Source: Massalongia carnosa | Lineage: Eukaryota | NCBI GenBank assembly: GCA_965645245.1 | Contig: OZ287073.1 | Coordinates: 1,860,001-1,924,000, forward strand | DNA: 64,000 bases | Direction: 5' to 3' | In this document: piece after piece, positions 22,301 through 35,118 of the stretch | How positions within the stretch are numbered: the stretch's first letter is position 1 | Layout: the number at the start of each line of letters is the position of its first letter | Made by a program: the position numbers and the translations under genes | The notes under the pieces: model-generated | Seen by the model: the letters and a program-made list of their open reading frames with translations, nothing else | What the model was told of the DNA's origin: nothing | The model's database searches: none

Positions 22301-23172
22301 CCTATAACACCAAGTTCTTCATAGAAACATGTGATTGAGATCTCAGACCCTTCATCCTTCCTTAGCCTGAGGATGTTGTGAAATTCATTTCCCACCATGC
22401 GAAGCATTTCGGATCCTGGCTTCAATACTCCTACGATGTCTGAGTTTGAGCGTTTGAGGAGATTGATCATTCGTGTCCCGAAGCTTGCCCATGATGCTAA
22501 ATCAGACCCACAATGCGGAACTCCCAGAAAGACTATCCCAGCCGTGCAGCGCTCGATCTGATGAAGGAACTTATCCGCGGTATTCCTCGAATAGCCGAGA
22601 GCGTGCTCAATAATAAATCCACCAAGACTGTGAGCAATAAATAGAATCTTTCTGACTTCTGAATTCGTTCTCTCTCGCTTTCGCACAAGATCGCCAACCA
22701 TATTCGCGGCATGATTGCTCAGTCGACTGTTTGATGCTGGGTTCCAGAAATTGACGATATCTGCGTCATAGCCAAAGCTCAAAATGCGTGCATCCGGCAA
22801 GTCTTGTTTCAGAAGTTCGCTCGGCCAATGCATCCTTGTGCCCTTGTCCTTATGAAGCCAGGTGTTGTACGCATCGCCCGTCAACCCGTGCACGAACACG
22901 ATATCGACACTCGCCTCCACGCCACCATCGTACAGCACTTTGACGCCATAATTCTGGCCTTCTCCGATGGGTGCTGGAGAAGCTTGTATGTTTGTAGCAG
23001 TCGATGTCGGACCGATGATCGTCTGGGATAGTTGGACGGCTAGGTCTTGCGATTCGGCGGCTTGTGAGGAGGATCCGCAGGGCTGTTCAGGTATCGGCGG
23101 GGGAGGCGTCGGCAGTGATGATTGCGACCTTGATTCTCTTGAGCGGAAAAGGCCTTTAAGCTTAAACGGCAT
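19303..23172 (-). pseudogene. Fungal NLR: SesB-like alpha/beta hydrolase - linker - NB-ARC - TPR; multi-exon, one frameshift near 20797
   Basis: DIVFVHGLTG, ARILSFGYDA, AHSLGG, GIVFLGVPH, HANH; GT-AG introns join it in frame to Walker A GIGGTGKS and Walker B WLLILDNAD; 42-aa TPR repeats at about 19340-19900; frame changes at RQKLC/TLEQY. Confidence 0.85.
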
Positions 23173-26076
23173 CTCAATTCATGATTTTGCGATCTTGTAG
23201 TTGGAAAAGTGTGCGATCCATCTAAGAAAGGAATTCGCAGCTTTGTACTGCACCTTGGCGCAAGCAAGAAGAGGTAATACTCGTCTGATTGGCTAGACAA
23301 ATCGATCAATAGCGCATCTCAGTCGTATCGCTTCATTTAGTCAACTAATCGTCGGCTAGTCTCTCGCTTACCTCGTGCCGACTCGACGCGTTCGCCTCTA
23401 GTCGGGGAAAGCTAAGTTCGTCTTTTCGCAATCTTATTTCCATTTCATCAACACGACGCCTTTGACTACATCAATTATTTCATTATTGATCATCATCATC
23501 ATCATCTTTGGAAGGGGACTGATATCAAAGGATAGGGGTATTTGACTTAGGAAGATAAGTGAAAAGACTGAATTCTAGATGATAGTTTACTAGTCTGATA
23601 TTCAAATCTGATAAAGAGCATCTATCTACATAGGAATTCTAGGCCCTATTTATAATGATATCTGACCCCAGAATCTCATTATTGATGCCTAGATTCCTTT
23701 ATGTTGCCTATTTAGCCAGTAACATTGCTACCTTCATTTAGGCATCAGGATAAACGTCATCAGTGTAAGCATCAGGATAGATATCACTAGCACAGGCATT
23801 AGTGTAGGCAACAACATAGGTGGCGAATGTTGGACAGAATCCAAAGCTCCCCTTCTGGAGACATATGAAGCCGTACTGATTACCTATTTAGGCTTATTTA
23901 GGCCCAGTTGTTCGATGAACTTCTGATGTTTGGCCTTCTTCAGAGGTTTAGTGAGGCCGTCGGCCACCATATCCTCAGTAAATATATAATCCAACTCAAT
24001 CTCCCCATGATCCACTAATTCCCTTACCTTATGGTATTGGATATCGATGTTTTTTGACTTGGGGTGATATATCGGATTTGTCGCTAGTTTCATGGCCGAT
24101 TGATTATCTGCTTTGATATTTATCGGTCCGTTGACACCATACCCGATGCTTTTCAGGGTTTTAGCTAAATATACTGCTTCCTTTCCAGCGTTGCATTGGC
24201 CGATATACTCCGCTTCGGTAGTGGAGGTGGCGACTATGCTTTGTCTTTTGGTTGCCCAGCTGATAGGTCCGTTATGGAGCATGAATATATAGCCTGAGGT
24301 GGATCTCCTAGTATCTAGGCAGTCCCCATATAAGGAGTCGGTATATCCGATTAACTCCCCTGATTGTTCGAGGTTCGGAGCAAATTTTATGCCCAGATCT
24401 CGAGTCCCTGCTAAATATCTGACGATCCTTTTGGCGGCGTCGTCATGATTCGGTGCAGGGTTGCTGGCGTATCTGCTGCACTTATTGACGGAGTATGCTA
24501 TGTCTGGTCTGGTCATAATTGCCAACCAGAGCAATGATCCGAGTAGTTGCTGATAGGCCTTAACCTCTATTTTTGAGGCTTGATGATCTTCCTTTCGAAG
24601 ATCTGCATTCATGGGTATCGTGCATGAGTGGCAATTGGCCATACCCATTGCCTCTAAGAGTCTTTCCACATATTCCTTTTAGTTGATGTAGATAGTCCTA
24701 TTAGGTCGATCCCTTATGATATGCATGCCTAAATACCAGTTGACTGGTCCCAGGTCTTTTATTCTAAATCGATCGGATAGTTCCTTCTTTAGGTTCGCGA
24801 TGTCGTCTTTGCTGGGTCCGATTAATAGTAAGTCGTCAACATATATCGCAACTATCATCCTTTCTTTGACGAATAATGAGTAATCCTCATTTACCCGTTT
24901 GTAACCTCTCTGTCTCAGATACATGGTTAAGCATTCGTACCACTCTCTCGGGGATTGTTTGAGTCCATAGAGTGCTCGATTTAATTTGCAAGCTTGATGT
25001 GGGACTTCATACCCGTGTAGTTGCTCTACCCATATTTCTTCGGTGAGGGTTGCTTCTAGGAATGTGGTGATGATATCGACTTGATTGGCTTCTAAATCAT
25101 ATTTAGCAGCTATAGCAAATAGGGCTTTCCAGATCATAGCTTTTATGACACTGGAAAAGGTCTCGTCATATTCAATTCCTTCCAATTGACGGAATCCTTT
25201 GACAACCCATCTGGCTTTAAATCTGGTGATCTCCCCATAAGGTCTGAGTTTGATTTTGAAAACCTATCTACCTGGTTGTATGTGAGCATTTTTCGGAGGT
25301 TTCTTGAGAGCCCAGGTATTATTTTCCTTGTGAGACTCTATCTCCTCGTCCATAGCTTTCTGATATTCATCGGAATATTCAGACTTCAAGGCTTCTTCGT
25401 AGGATTGCGGTTCTCGGTGGTCTGTCGCCGTCGCTTTGAGAGCGCGGAGTGCAAATCCTCTCTTGTAGGGGTCGCTGATTTTGGCATAGTCCTGACGTTC
25501 AGTGCGTCTAGAGGTTCTTCTTAATGTCGACTCAGATGCAGGTGCAATTGGTAAATTTGCCCTGATATATTCAGTGATTAGTTGAGTAGATGCCATGTCG
25601 TTATCTTTGGTTCCCTCTTCTAGTCCTGATTCAGTTAGGTTGCTCGCTTCCTCGATCACTTCGGCAGCTGTGATTGGTTCAGGAGTTTTCTCCCCGGGAG
25701 CGCTAACTATTGCGGTACTAGTGTCCGCAGATTCGTCATCCGTATTAGAATATAAAAAGATTCCTAATTCTGATTCCTCATCTTTTAGATTTTCTTTCGA
25801 CCAACCTGCATCGGTCTCGTCCCATAGAATATTTGCAGATATTATTACCTTCTTTGCTGAAGGGTCCCATAGGCGAAATTGGTTCTGGCCGCTGATTCCT
25901 AAAAATCTGCACTTGATAGAGCGGTCGTCCAATTTCTTCTTTGATGGGTCTATATTGTAATGATAGGCTGTGCATCCGAATATTCTTACATTGCTGACAT
26001 CGGGTTTTTTACCCGTCCAGACCTCGTACGGAGTCTTATCCTTTAGTCGCTTGGTGGGGCTTCGGTTTTTGAGATA

Positions 26077-28666
26077 ATCGTCGGCTCGCTTAGTGGGATC
26101 CGACTCGGAGGCCGTCGCCTCCTAGTCGTGGAAAGCGATTTGCATCCGGAAAGCGATTTGCATCCATTCAAACTGAAATTTTGACCATTTTTCACCTTTT
26201 ACCCTCAACCACATTGATCAATCATTACGTAATATCGTAAAAAGCTTGAAAGCATCGTCGTCGTCATCGTTGTCATCAAAATTATCCCCCCCCCACAATT
26301 TCCGATCCTTTATTATCGCATTTGCAACTTTCGAAAAGACGTTTTCAACCTCCCTTCGTACCATGGAAAATAATGCCTCAATCTTGGTTTCCACTCTCAG
26401 CCCCATGGAAAGATTGGAAGAAGCGAAGTAATTTCTGATTGATCATCCCGAAGAAAGCAAGGCTGCTGCGTCAAAAATCTACAATGTCAACGTTAAAATG
26501 TTGACGTCTTTTGTTCGTCGTCATCCGAAAGAAGGACAGAAAAAAGAAGGGAAAAAAAAGGGGGGAGAAAATCAGATACTGAAAGAGCATGAAGCTAGGG
26601 CTTTAGATGGATTCATTAAATCCTTATTGATACATGGAATTCCACCTACGCATCACATGGCTTTTAATGCAATTGTAAGTCTGAGAAAGGCTCATAAATT
26701 AAAAGCTCCATCAAGACGATGGTTTCGGTCTTGGTGGAAACGTAGCAATTTACACAAGATTAAGACCAAACCATTAACAATTATTCGCTTTGAAGCCGCT
26801 GATGAATCAGATGTGATCAAATGGTTTGATGGCTACAAAGAGGTATTGAGAGAATTGAAAATCAGAAGAAGACGAAACATTCTAAACTTTGATGAAGCTG
26901 GTTTTCGAATTGGATGCATGAAGGGTCAGGAAATCTACGTTCCTATGGAAATCAAGCAATTCTACGCCGTCAGCCCGGAGAATCGCAGATCTGCGACGGT
27001 CATTGAGACGATCAATGCTGCTGGCGACTATCCCCCTCCCCCCATGATCATCATACAGGGTCAGGAAATCATGGCGACGTGGTTTTCGGAGGATTTGCCG
27101 GTGAGCACGCGTATTGTGCCTTCCGACAGTGGTTTCACATCTGATAAGATAGCAATTGAATATTTGAAGCATCTCATTCAAAATTCTAATACAGGATCTA
27201 ATGTAGATTGGAAATTGCTCCTGATGGATAATCATGGCAGTCACGTTACTCCTGAATTTGTACTTCTGGCCAATGAAAATCACATTCGTCCATACCCACT
27301 AATTCCACATTTGACTCATTGCATGCAGCCATTGGATGTCGGCGTATTTCAGCCCTATAAACACTGGCATCAACAGGCTATTGAGGAGAATGTTGCATCG
27401 TCATTTGTCGAGTATTCCCTGACTCGGTTTCTTTAGGATTTGATCAAAATTAGAAACCAGTCATTCAAAGCTTCTACAATCCGACATGCATTTGAAAATT
27501 CGAGAATGTGGCCGGTCAATCCAGAAGCATGCATTCGTCAGCTGAAACAATTCATTCTCGACAATTCTAGTCTGAACAATTCTGATCTGACTGATCAGCC
27601 CTCACTTCCTCTACCTCGTCAAATTCAACCTAGGGATATAGTCGACAGAGAACATGGATTGCGTCAATGGGGGTCAAAAATTCAAGAATCTATGCAATGG
27701 AGTGATCCCGCCCGAGCAGGGGAATTTGATTCTTTTATAGCTGGTACGAAAGAGATCATTTCGAAGTCTATACTCGGAGAAGTGGAGCTTGAAATGTATC
27801 AGCAGCAAAGAACGAATTAGCTAAACAGCAGACGAATATCTCGTAAAAGATTGAGACCTGAAATCGGAAGATTGGGAATAACCGCTGAAGATGCGAAGCA
27901 AGCTATAGCCATGAAGCTACAAAAAGATCAGGAAATTGAGAAGAAGAAGGAGAATAATAACTTCATGAAGTTGTGGAGAACGGAAAGAGACGAAATTCAT
28001 GTCAAAGGGGTGACTGCTCGAAAAGCAGAAAGGGATCGAGTCAAACGACTAAAAGAGATGCAGAAAGGGCTCGGTGCCATCTCAGTTGAGATGTATGAGG
28101 AGATTCCTGACCCCGAGGCATTATGGAAAGCGACGAATGAGGTGTGGATAGCTGAGGAAGCGAAAAAAGAAGCCAGAACGAATCCATCTGCATCTGCTCG
28201 TGCCAATGTTGAAGAAGACGTCACATTTATTGTAGATGAGACTGAAGCTAGAAATGGAGGCATTTCGAACATTTCGAACATTCCGGACATTCCAGAAGAA
28301 GAAGCATGGCTACGAGATGATTTTGTGTCTTTCGATCCAGGTTTCGAATCGGGAGATGCTTCGAATTATGAGGGGGATGCGGGGTATACGGGGTATCAGG
28401 AAGATCAGAATAATCAGGGTGGTCAGGGTGGTCAAGGGGGTCAGGGGGGTCAGAGGGATGATTTTAATGACGGCTTTGATGATGACGATGCCTTTCGAGC
28501 TTTGTATGAAATTAAAATCAATAAATCAATGTGGTTGAGGGTAAAAGGTGAAAAATGGTCAAAATTTCAGTTTGAATGGATGCAAATCGCTTTCCGGATG
28601 CAAATCGCTTTCCCCGACTAGGAGGCGACGGCCTCCGAGTCGGATCCCACTAAGCGAGCCGACGAT
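26077..28666 (+). mobile_element. pogo/Fot1-like DNA transposon (inner) inserted in the copia integrase
   Basis: About 140-bp TIRs (26077-26218 and 28525-28666), TA flanks. Confidence 0.94.
26363..28520 (+). pseudogene. pogo DDE transposase with in-frame stops at 26429, 27434 and 27818
   Basis: NFDEAGF, LLMDNHGSH, HLTHCMQPLDVGVF catalytic motifs; the ORF pieces are all in one frame. Confidence 0.9.
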
Positions 28667-31171
28667 TAACACACATACCCGATTGCCTCCCCCCAGAATC
28701 CTCGAGTCATTTTTCCATGGTGAAGGATAGCCCTTACTCTTTCGAACAGTGTTCTAAAGTTTCGTTCGGCTACACCATTTTGATTGGGATTATGTGGGGC
28801 GGTAGGATTCCATTCAATGCCTATTTTCTTTAATAATTCTTGGGTGTGATTAGAGGAATATTCCCCTCCATTGTCACTTCGAAGAATTTGTACAGGCGTT
28901 TGTCGATTTTCCATGAAGTTTATAAACTCTTTTAGGGCCTTTCGGCCTCGGACTTCTTCTTTAAAAGATAAATAGTCATGAAGTTGGAATAATCGTCTAT
29001 CAGAGACATGACATAGCGGGCACCGCCGAGGGTTTGAGGCAACTTCCCCCCACCCGCTATATCGGTGTAGATGATCTCCCCTATCTTGGTGGCCCTATCC
29101 CTTGGGATTCTCACCAGATTTCGGGTTTGTTTCCCTATCGCACACGATTCACATATCGCTGGATGGGATTCGGTGGATTCCAATTTGGTTGCATTTGATA
29201 CGTCGATTCCGGTGGCCATGTCCGGTAATCTTTTGACGTCGTCGATGCTTAGATGGGCTAGTCGTTTATGCCAATTGGTCCACGAAACACTACTATCAGA
29301 CATCTTCAGAGTTTTCGGTTCATAGAGGTCAATAGTGTAGGTTGCACCTTGTTGATGTCTGGTGCCGGTGAGGGTCACCTGTCCTGACTTTGAGCACTCG
29401 ACTTTACCATTTTTTATAGTAAATTCGAACCCTTTCTGTTCTGCAGTTCCTATGCTAAAAAGATTGTATTCCGCATCGGGGCAGTAATGAACGTTCTGCA
29501 TAATGAGTTGTTTCTGAATACCTTCAACATTACATTGTAAGATAACCGTTCCAGTTCCTCGGATCTCCAGGGGTGAATTCTGAATTCCCATCACCGATTT
29601 CTTGACGGATTTGAGCGTTGAAAAGAGGTTCTTATCATAAGAGATATGCACATCACTTCCTGAATCCATCCACCAATTGACGTCCTTAGCTGCAGTCTTC
29701 AGACTCTTGGTGGTAATTGCCATTTTGAGTGTGGCTATCATGGTAGGTTTAAACTCTGACGATTTGTTGTCACCGGATTCGTCTTCCTTTACCAGACCTT
29801 CTTTGCCTTTTGCAGGCTTCCAACTCTTTGGCCTGAGATGAGGATTGAGGTAATAGCATTTATCCTTGCCGTGTCCAGGGTTTCCGCATCCACCGCAAGG
29901 TTTCTTTGACTTATTTCCTTCTCTTTTTGGTTTCTTTTGAGTTAGAACCTTTGCTTCTTGTTCCTGATCCTTGATTCTTTCCTCGTATTCCACTAGTACT
30001 TTGATCATGTCGTCTAGCGAAAGGGGTTTACCGACTTTCTCGGCTTGTTGTTCTTGAGGAATTATGTATGTTTCTAGATCTGAATTGAGACCATGAGTGA
30101 AGAAGTTTTTTAGCATCCAATCATCAAATTTCTTCCCGGTGTTGTCACAGTCCTGTCCAGCCTTTTTGATGTAGGCACCATATTCCTGAACGGATTTATG
30201 ATTGGACTGGGATGCTCTGATCAACTGTCTCTGGGCAGTTCTGAGGACGGTGGACTCAGGATGGTCGAACTCCATTAGTTTCTTCCATATGTCGTTTGCT
30301 GAGTCGAGTTTTTCTACTTCCACTAGGGCTTCTTTGGAGCAGGTTATTTTGATCCGGCCACAGGCCTTCTCATTCTTGTCCTCCCATTTAGTTACCTTTT
30401 TGTCGAAGGAATCAAGTTGTTTACGATACCACTTGATATCCTCTGGTGAGGATCCTTGATCGGGTTCTTTCGGTGAAGCGATTGGTTTCGTCTCTTTGCC
30501 GTTGACCACTTTCAGGATTCCGTCCACCGATAAAATATGTTCCATGGCCGTTTTCCATCCCTTATAGTTCTGGGGGCCTGATAAGGGCTTGACTTCGTAG
30601 GTAAGTTGTCCTATTTTGGCCGACATGATTGTTTGATGAATCTATGAGGTTTTTTTAGGAAAAATACCGGGCAGTGTGCACTAACCCGGGCTCATAACCC
30701 TTTGGAAGGGGACTGATATCAAAGGATAGGGGTATTTGGCTTAGGAAGATAAGTGAAAAGACTGAATTCTAGATGATAGTTTACTAGTCTGATATTCAAA
30801 TCTGATAAAGAGCATCTATCTACATAGGAATTCTAGGCCCTATTTATAATGATATCTGACCCCAGAATCTCATTATTGATGCCTAGATTCCTTTATGTTG
30901 CCTATTTAGCCAGCAACATTGCTACCTTCATTTAGGCATCAGGATAAACGTCATCAGTGTAAGCATCAGGATAGATATCACTAGCACAGGCATTAGTGTA
31001 GGCAACAACATAGGTGGCGAATGCTGGACAGAATCCAAAGATCATTATCATTATCATATCATTATTATCATTATTATCATCATCATGAATTGTAATGATA
31101 CTGTCACGCGTCTGAATGATGCTAAGCAGTTTCTAATAGAAAATCCACTTGAAAGCAAGATATGCGCTGCT

Positions 31172-31660
31172 TGTCATGGAATTACCTCGCACCCTCCCAC
31201 GATTCCTGATCGGGTTAGTATTTAACAGGCTCTCTTGCCGTGAAACCTGCCCTGCATGTTGAATAGAACTGTGGCCTGTTATTCCAAACTATCCTGAAAC
31301 CTCACCCCATGTGTTTAGACGTTCTTCCGCTGCCTTCAGTGCACTCCCAAAACTCTTATATCCCGAATCCAATCTCAACGTCTCCACTATCCAAGCCTAC
31401 GACTGGGATTGCCCAGCAGAGAGAGATTGCTTCGGCATGGAGAAAGACGGAACAGGTCAAAGCGATCATGGTTAGGAAATTAGAACAGGAACAGAGATGA
31501 GGGCAAGTCAAGAATTGGGGGGTTGGAAGCCATGGCTATAAAACCTATGTGGTTTCTCAGTGTTTGGATCTATTCGTCGGACGTCTTGTATACTATCCCT
31601 AGACCTAGCTTTCTAATAGTAACTCTTGTATATCTCCCTATCTGGACCTTGTCCGTGACA
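31172..31660. repeat. Solo LTR, TSD CTGCT
   Basis: TGTCATGGA...TCCGTGACA with CTGCT on both sides; interrupts the transposase coding sequence. Confidence 0.88.
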
Positions 31661-33129
31661 CTGCTCGCATATTTGACATTCCTCGTACCACTTTACAAAG
31701 TTCACTAACTCAAAACAGCGCGTCGAATGAAGTCGAGAAGAGAGGAGGACATAATAAGACATTGGAGAAGCATCAGATCAACGCAATACATGAGTTCATT
31801 CGCTCGTTACTTATATATAGTATTCAACCGACGCATGAACTGATATTCAACGCGATCAAGAGTCTGAAGCGAAGTCAGAAGGCTGATTATAAAGGTCCTA
31901 CTAAGCGATGGTTTAGAACATGGTGGAAATCCAACCATTTACATAAGATTAAGACTAAACCGCTAGCAGTCGTTCGCAATACGGCAGGACAAGTGAAAGA
32001 CGTTGAAGCATGGTTCGCTGATTATCGGGTGATTCTTCGAGAGCTGAATATCAAGAATAAACGAAATATCATCAATTTTGATGAGGCTGGTTTTCGAGTT
32101 GGCTGCATGAAGGGACATGAAATTTTGGTTCCAACAGATGTAATGGAGTATTATTCTATTAGTCCTGAGAATAGAAAATCTATCACCATTTTCGAGAACA
32201 TAAACGCCACCGGTGATTATCCGCCACCTCCTTTACTTGTCATACATGGTCATGATATGATGAGCAATTGGTTTGCTGACGAACTGCCTAAAGGAACTCG
32301 AATTGTTTCGTCAGAAAATGGATTCACATCGGATAAAATAGCGGTTGCATATCTGCAACATTACATTGAAAATTCTGATGCAGGATCTGAGAGTGATTGG
32401 AAGTTAATGCTCATTGATAATCACGGTAGTCATGTTACTCCTGAATTCATCAAGCTTGCCAATGAAAACCTGATTCGTCCTTATCCTTTGATACCACACT
32501 TGACGCATTTTATGCAACCGCTTGATGTAGGAGTGTTTCAACCTTATTAACATTGGCATGATGTGGCCATTCAAGATGCGATTGCGGAGTTCAATGTAGA
32601 GTATACAATAACTCCATTTTGTCAAGATCTCACCAAAATACGAGATAACACGTTCAAGAAATCCACTATTCAATCTGCCTTTGAAAAATCTGGAATGTGG
32701 CCTATTAATGAGAAGAAATACATTGAACAGCTAAAGAAGTTTGTACCTTCCCAAAGTGAGAATAATTCTTCTTCTTTTCCAACATTATCTCTCCCAAAAT
32801 TGCCACGAGTTCAACCTAAAACGTTTGATGATGTTGAAAGAGGATTACTTGAATGGCTACCCAAAATTCGCGATAATACACAATGGAGTGATCCAGTCCG
32901 GGAACAGGAGTTAGAGGAATTCGTTAGTAATACGAAGGAAATTATTGCCAAATCGACGCTTACAAAATTCGAACTGTCACTCCATCATGAGCGAAGAAGC
33001 AATGAATTACTACAGAGAGCAACTTCTCGCAAGCGATTAAGACCTAATTACTCGACAGACGGAGGATTAGGACTCACGAAAGAGGATGCGCAACGAGCAA
33101 TTGTTGAAAGACAGCAAAAAGATGAGCAG

Positions 33130-33339
33130 TGTTGAATGCCGGTTGCGATTATAGTTGTAATAGCTTGTTAGGCTCACTGCCACATGGACCACGTGGATAG
33201 CGGGTAGTCTAATCTTCTCCCGGAAGGCTTTAGGCTTAGCGTGCTTTGTTTGCCTTTGGTGAAAAGTCTGCTAGGCTTTTCCTCTTACATAGCTATATAG
33301 TCAATGCGATTACCTGCAACAAGAGTCTTCCTTTTAACT
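33130..33339. repeat. Solo LTR-like insertion, TSD AGCAG
   Basis: Starts TGTTGAA, ends TTAACT, AGCAG on both sides; transposase sequence resumes after it. Confidence 0.75.
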
Positions 33340-34104
33340 AGCAGATAGAAAAGAAACGAGAGCACAACAACTTCATGAGAATAAGGCAAATGATAAGAGA
33401 TAGTGTACACGCGGAAGGTGTTATCGCTCGAAAGAATAAAAAGATCAGAATAAAACATATTAAAGACCTCGCAAAACAGGGAGTTAGCATATCCGATGAA
33501 ATGTTGACTCCAATTGATGATCCTGAGGCTATTTGGAAGGCGAGCGACATTACTTGGCAGACGGAAGAGACCAAAAAAAAGACGAAGAAAGGAGTAAAAG
33601 ATTCTCATATATTCAATAATGAAGAGGAAGAGATAGAGACTACATTTATCGTGAATACTGTAGGTGATCAAAATCTACGAATAATAGGTGAAGGTGATTC
33701 TATTCGTCAACAATAAGACTTCGTTGCCTTTGAAATGGAAGAGGAAGTAGGCGACGATGTCGACGACAGCGACGAGGATGATGTTCAGGAGCAGTTGGGT
33801 TATTATTAGTATAACTACTATTATAACACTTTTCATGATTGATCTTTGTAGAAAAAAATGAGTAATTTTTTGCGTGTAAAAGTTGAAAAGACGAAAGGCG
33901 AACGCCTCGAGTCGGCACGAGGTAAGCGAGAGACTAGCCGACGATTATTGGCTCGTACCTCTGACGTCACGCGGCTGACAAAAAAACTGGGACACCAAAA
34001 TTTTCACCCTACTAAAATCTACCCCTTATTTTCACTTTGCTACGTACAGTTACCATGCAATCAAATCAATAATCAATAACTAGTCATCTTGCCATCACCT
34101 CAAA

Positions 34105-34528
34105 TGTCAAGGACTGGGCAGGGGATTGAACTAATGTTCCTAGGAATTGGATTGGGTGATCATGATGTCTTTATTAATAAAGCTATAGCTAGGTGATGGA
34201 TTGCTATAAAAGACGTCGGACAAGGAGTCAACTATCTAATTAACTTGTCCTTCCTTTTATATTTGTCTCGAACCCCTTTGCATAAAGATTTGATCAGTGT
34301 TCATCTCCCCCTATTAGGAGACGTACGGCACGAAGGTTTGACGAGGTTTTTGACGATAAAAGGTGGAGATGAGGTTCTCCTGTCGTTGGTACGCTTTGAT
34401 AGTAATGGTACAGCTTTGACCTGAAGCCGTTGAGAGGGGTCTAAACTCGATTTAGTTAATGAGATTCTGACTAAGCTGAATAGAGGAACGGGAGCTTAGT
34501 CAGATTCATCTGCGGGATTGATTCTGGA
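34105..34528 (+). repeat. 424-bp LTR-like segment, left arm of an inverted duplication flanking the AcademH-like element
   Basis: Reverse complement of 41076-41499 with roughly a dozen substitutions; starts TGTCAAGG. Confidence 0.9.
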
Positions 34529-35118
34529 TTGCCTCAGTACCTCAGACGTGCGTGGCTCTATGAGCCGGCTAAGCCCCTCCGGGTTAGCCTATTTTCGCTA
34601 AGCCCCTTCGGGTTAGCGGCCCTTTAGCTGACTACGCATGCTACGGGCGGCACGTCTGAGCGCAAAACTCTGTATTTTTGTCAGATCCGGCTTATTTTGG
34701 TGCGCGCTCATACAAATTTTTGGCTTAACCTCAAAAATCATCAAGAATCAAGTTGACGGCGGAATCAACAACGCGCAACGACATTTCATAAATTATGTAA
34801 TAATAGAAATGATGCTTTGATATACATTCTATCGATTAATCAATATTTTAATTCCGTATCGATGCAAAATTGAGTCGCAATATCGATCTCGCGACGAGGA
34901 CTCGACTTTGACTCGAAATTTCGACACCACCACAGCAGACTCAACGGGTCACTAGCTCCAGTTTTTCATTGTCGGCGCTTCTGATCATTAATCTGATCCT
35001 CCGAGCGTTGTTTTCGAAAGCCTAAAATCGTTGAATGTGATGAACTTGCTTGATGTGCGTTTTGCGGGCTAAGAATCCAACTCGCGAATCGTCGAATATC
35101 GCTCGCGAACACATCGAA

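Larger units (their letters stand above)
23884..30626 (-). pseudogene. Copia gag-pol, disrupted by a pogo insertion, a frameshift near 28935 and stops at 25264 and 24679
   Basis: Gag N-terminus LSGPQNYKGWK, CGGCGNPGHGKDKC, WWMDSGS, WHKRLAH, YTD/RSDNGGEY/VAER, YVDDLL, YTDSLY...ADNQSA. Confidence 0.92.
23506..31040 (-). mobile_element. Full-length Ty1/copia element (family C) with non-canonical LTR termini, TSD ATCAT
   Basis: 341-bp LTRs 23506-23846 and 30700-31040 (3 differences seen), PBS GGTTATGAGCCC and PPT GAAGGGGAG on the minus strand abutting the LTRs, ATCAT on both sides. Confidence 0.95.
31085..33720 (+). pseudogene. Transposase of the outer pogo element, split by two solo LTRs and stops
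   Basis: NFDEAGF, LIDNHGSH, QPLDVGVF; clearly paralogous to the inner pogo transposase. Confidence 0.88.
23348..33945 (+). mobile_element. pogo/Fot1-like DNA transposon (outer), host of four nested insertions
   Basis: TIR ATCGTCGGCTAGTCTCTCGCTTACCTCGTGCCGACTCGA at both ends, TA flanks at 23346-23347 and 33946-33947. Confidence 0.92.

Noticed and set aside
28393..28455. G/Q/N-rich stretch QNNQGGQGGQGGQGGQ as an amyloid or prion motif
   Set aside because: It is a 9-bp tandem repeat in the disordered tail of a transposase, with no partner gene.
34105..34670. Treating the whole 570-bp inverted repeat as the TIR
   Set aside because: Other copies in the window terminate at TTGCC/GGCAA with unrelated flanks, one with a TSD, and no TSD exists at the outer ends.
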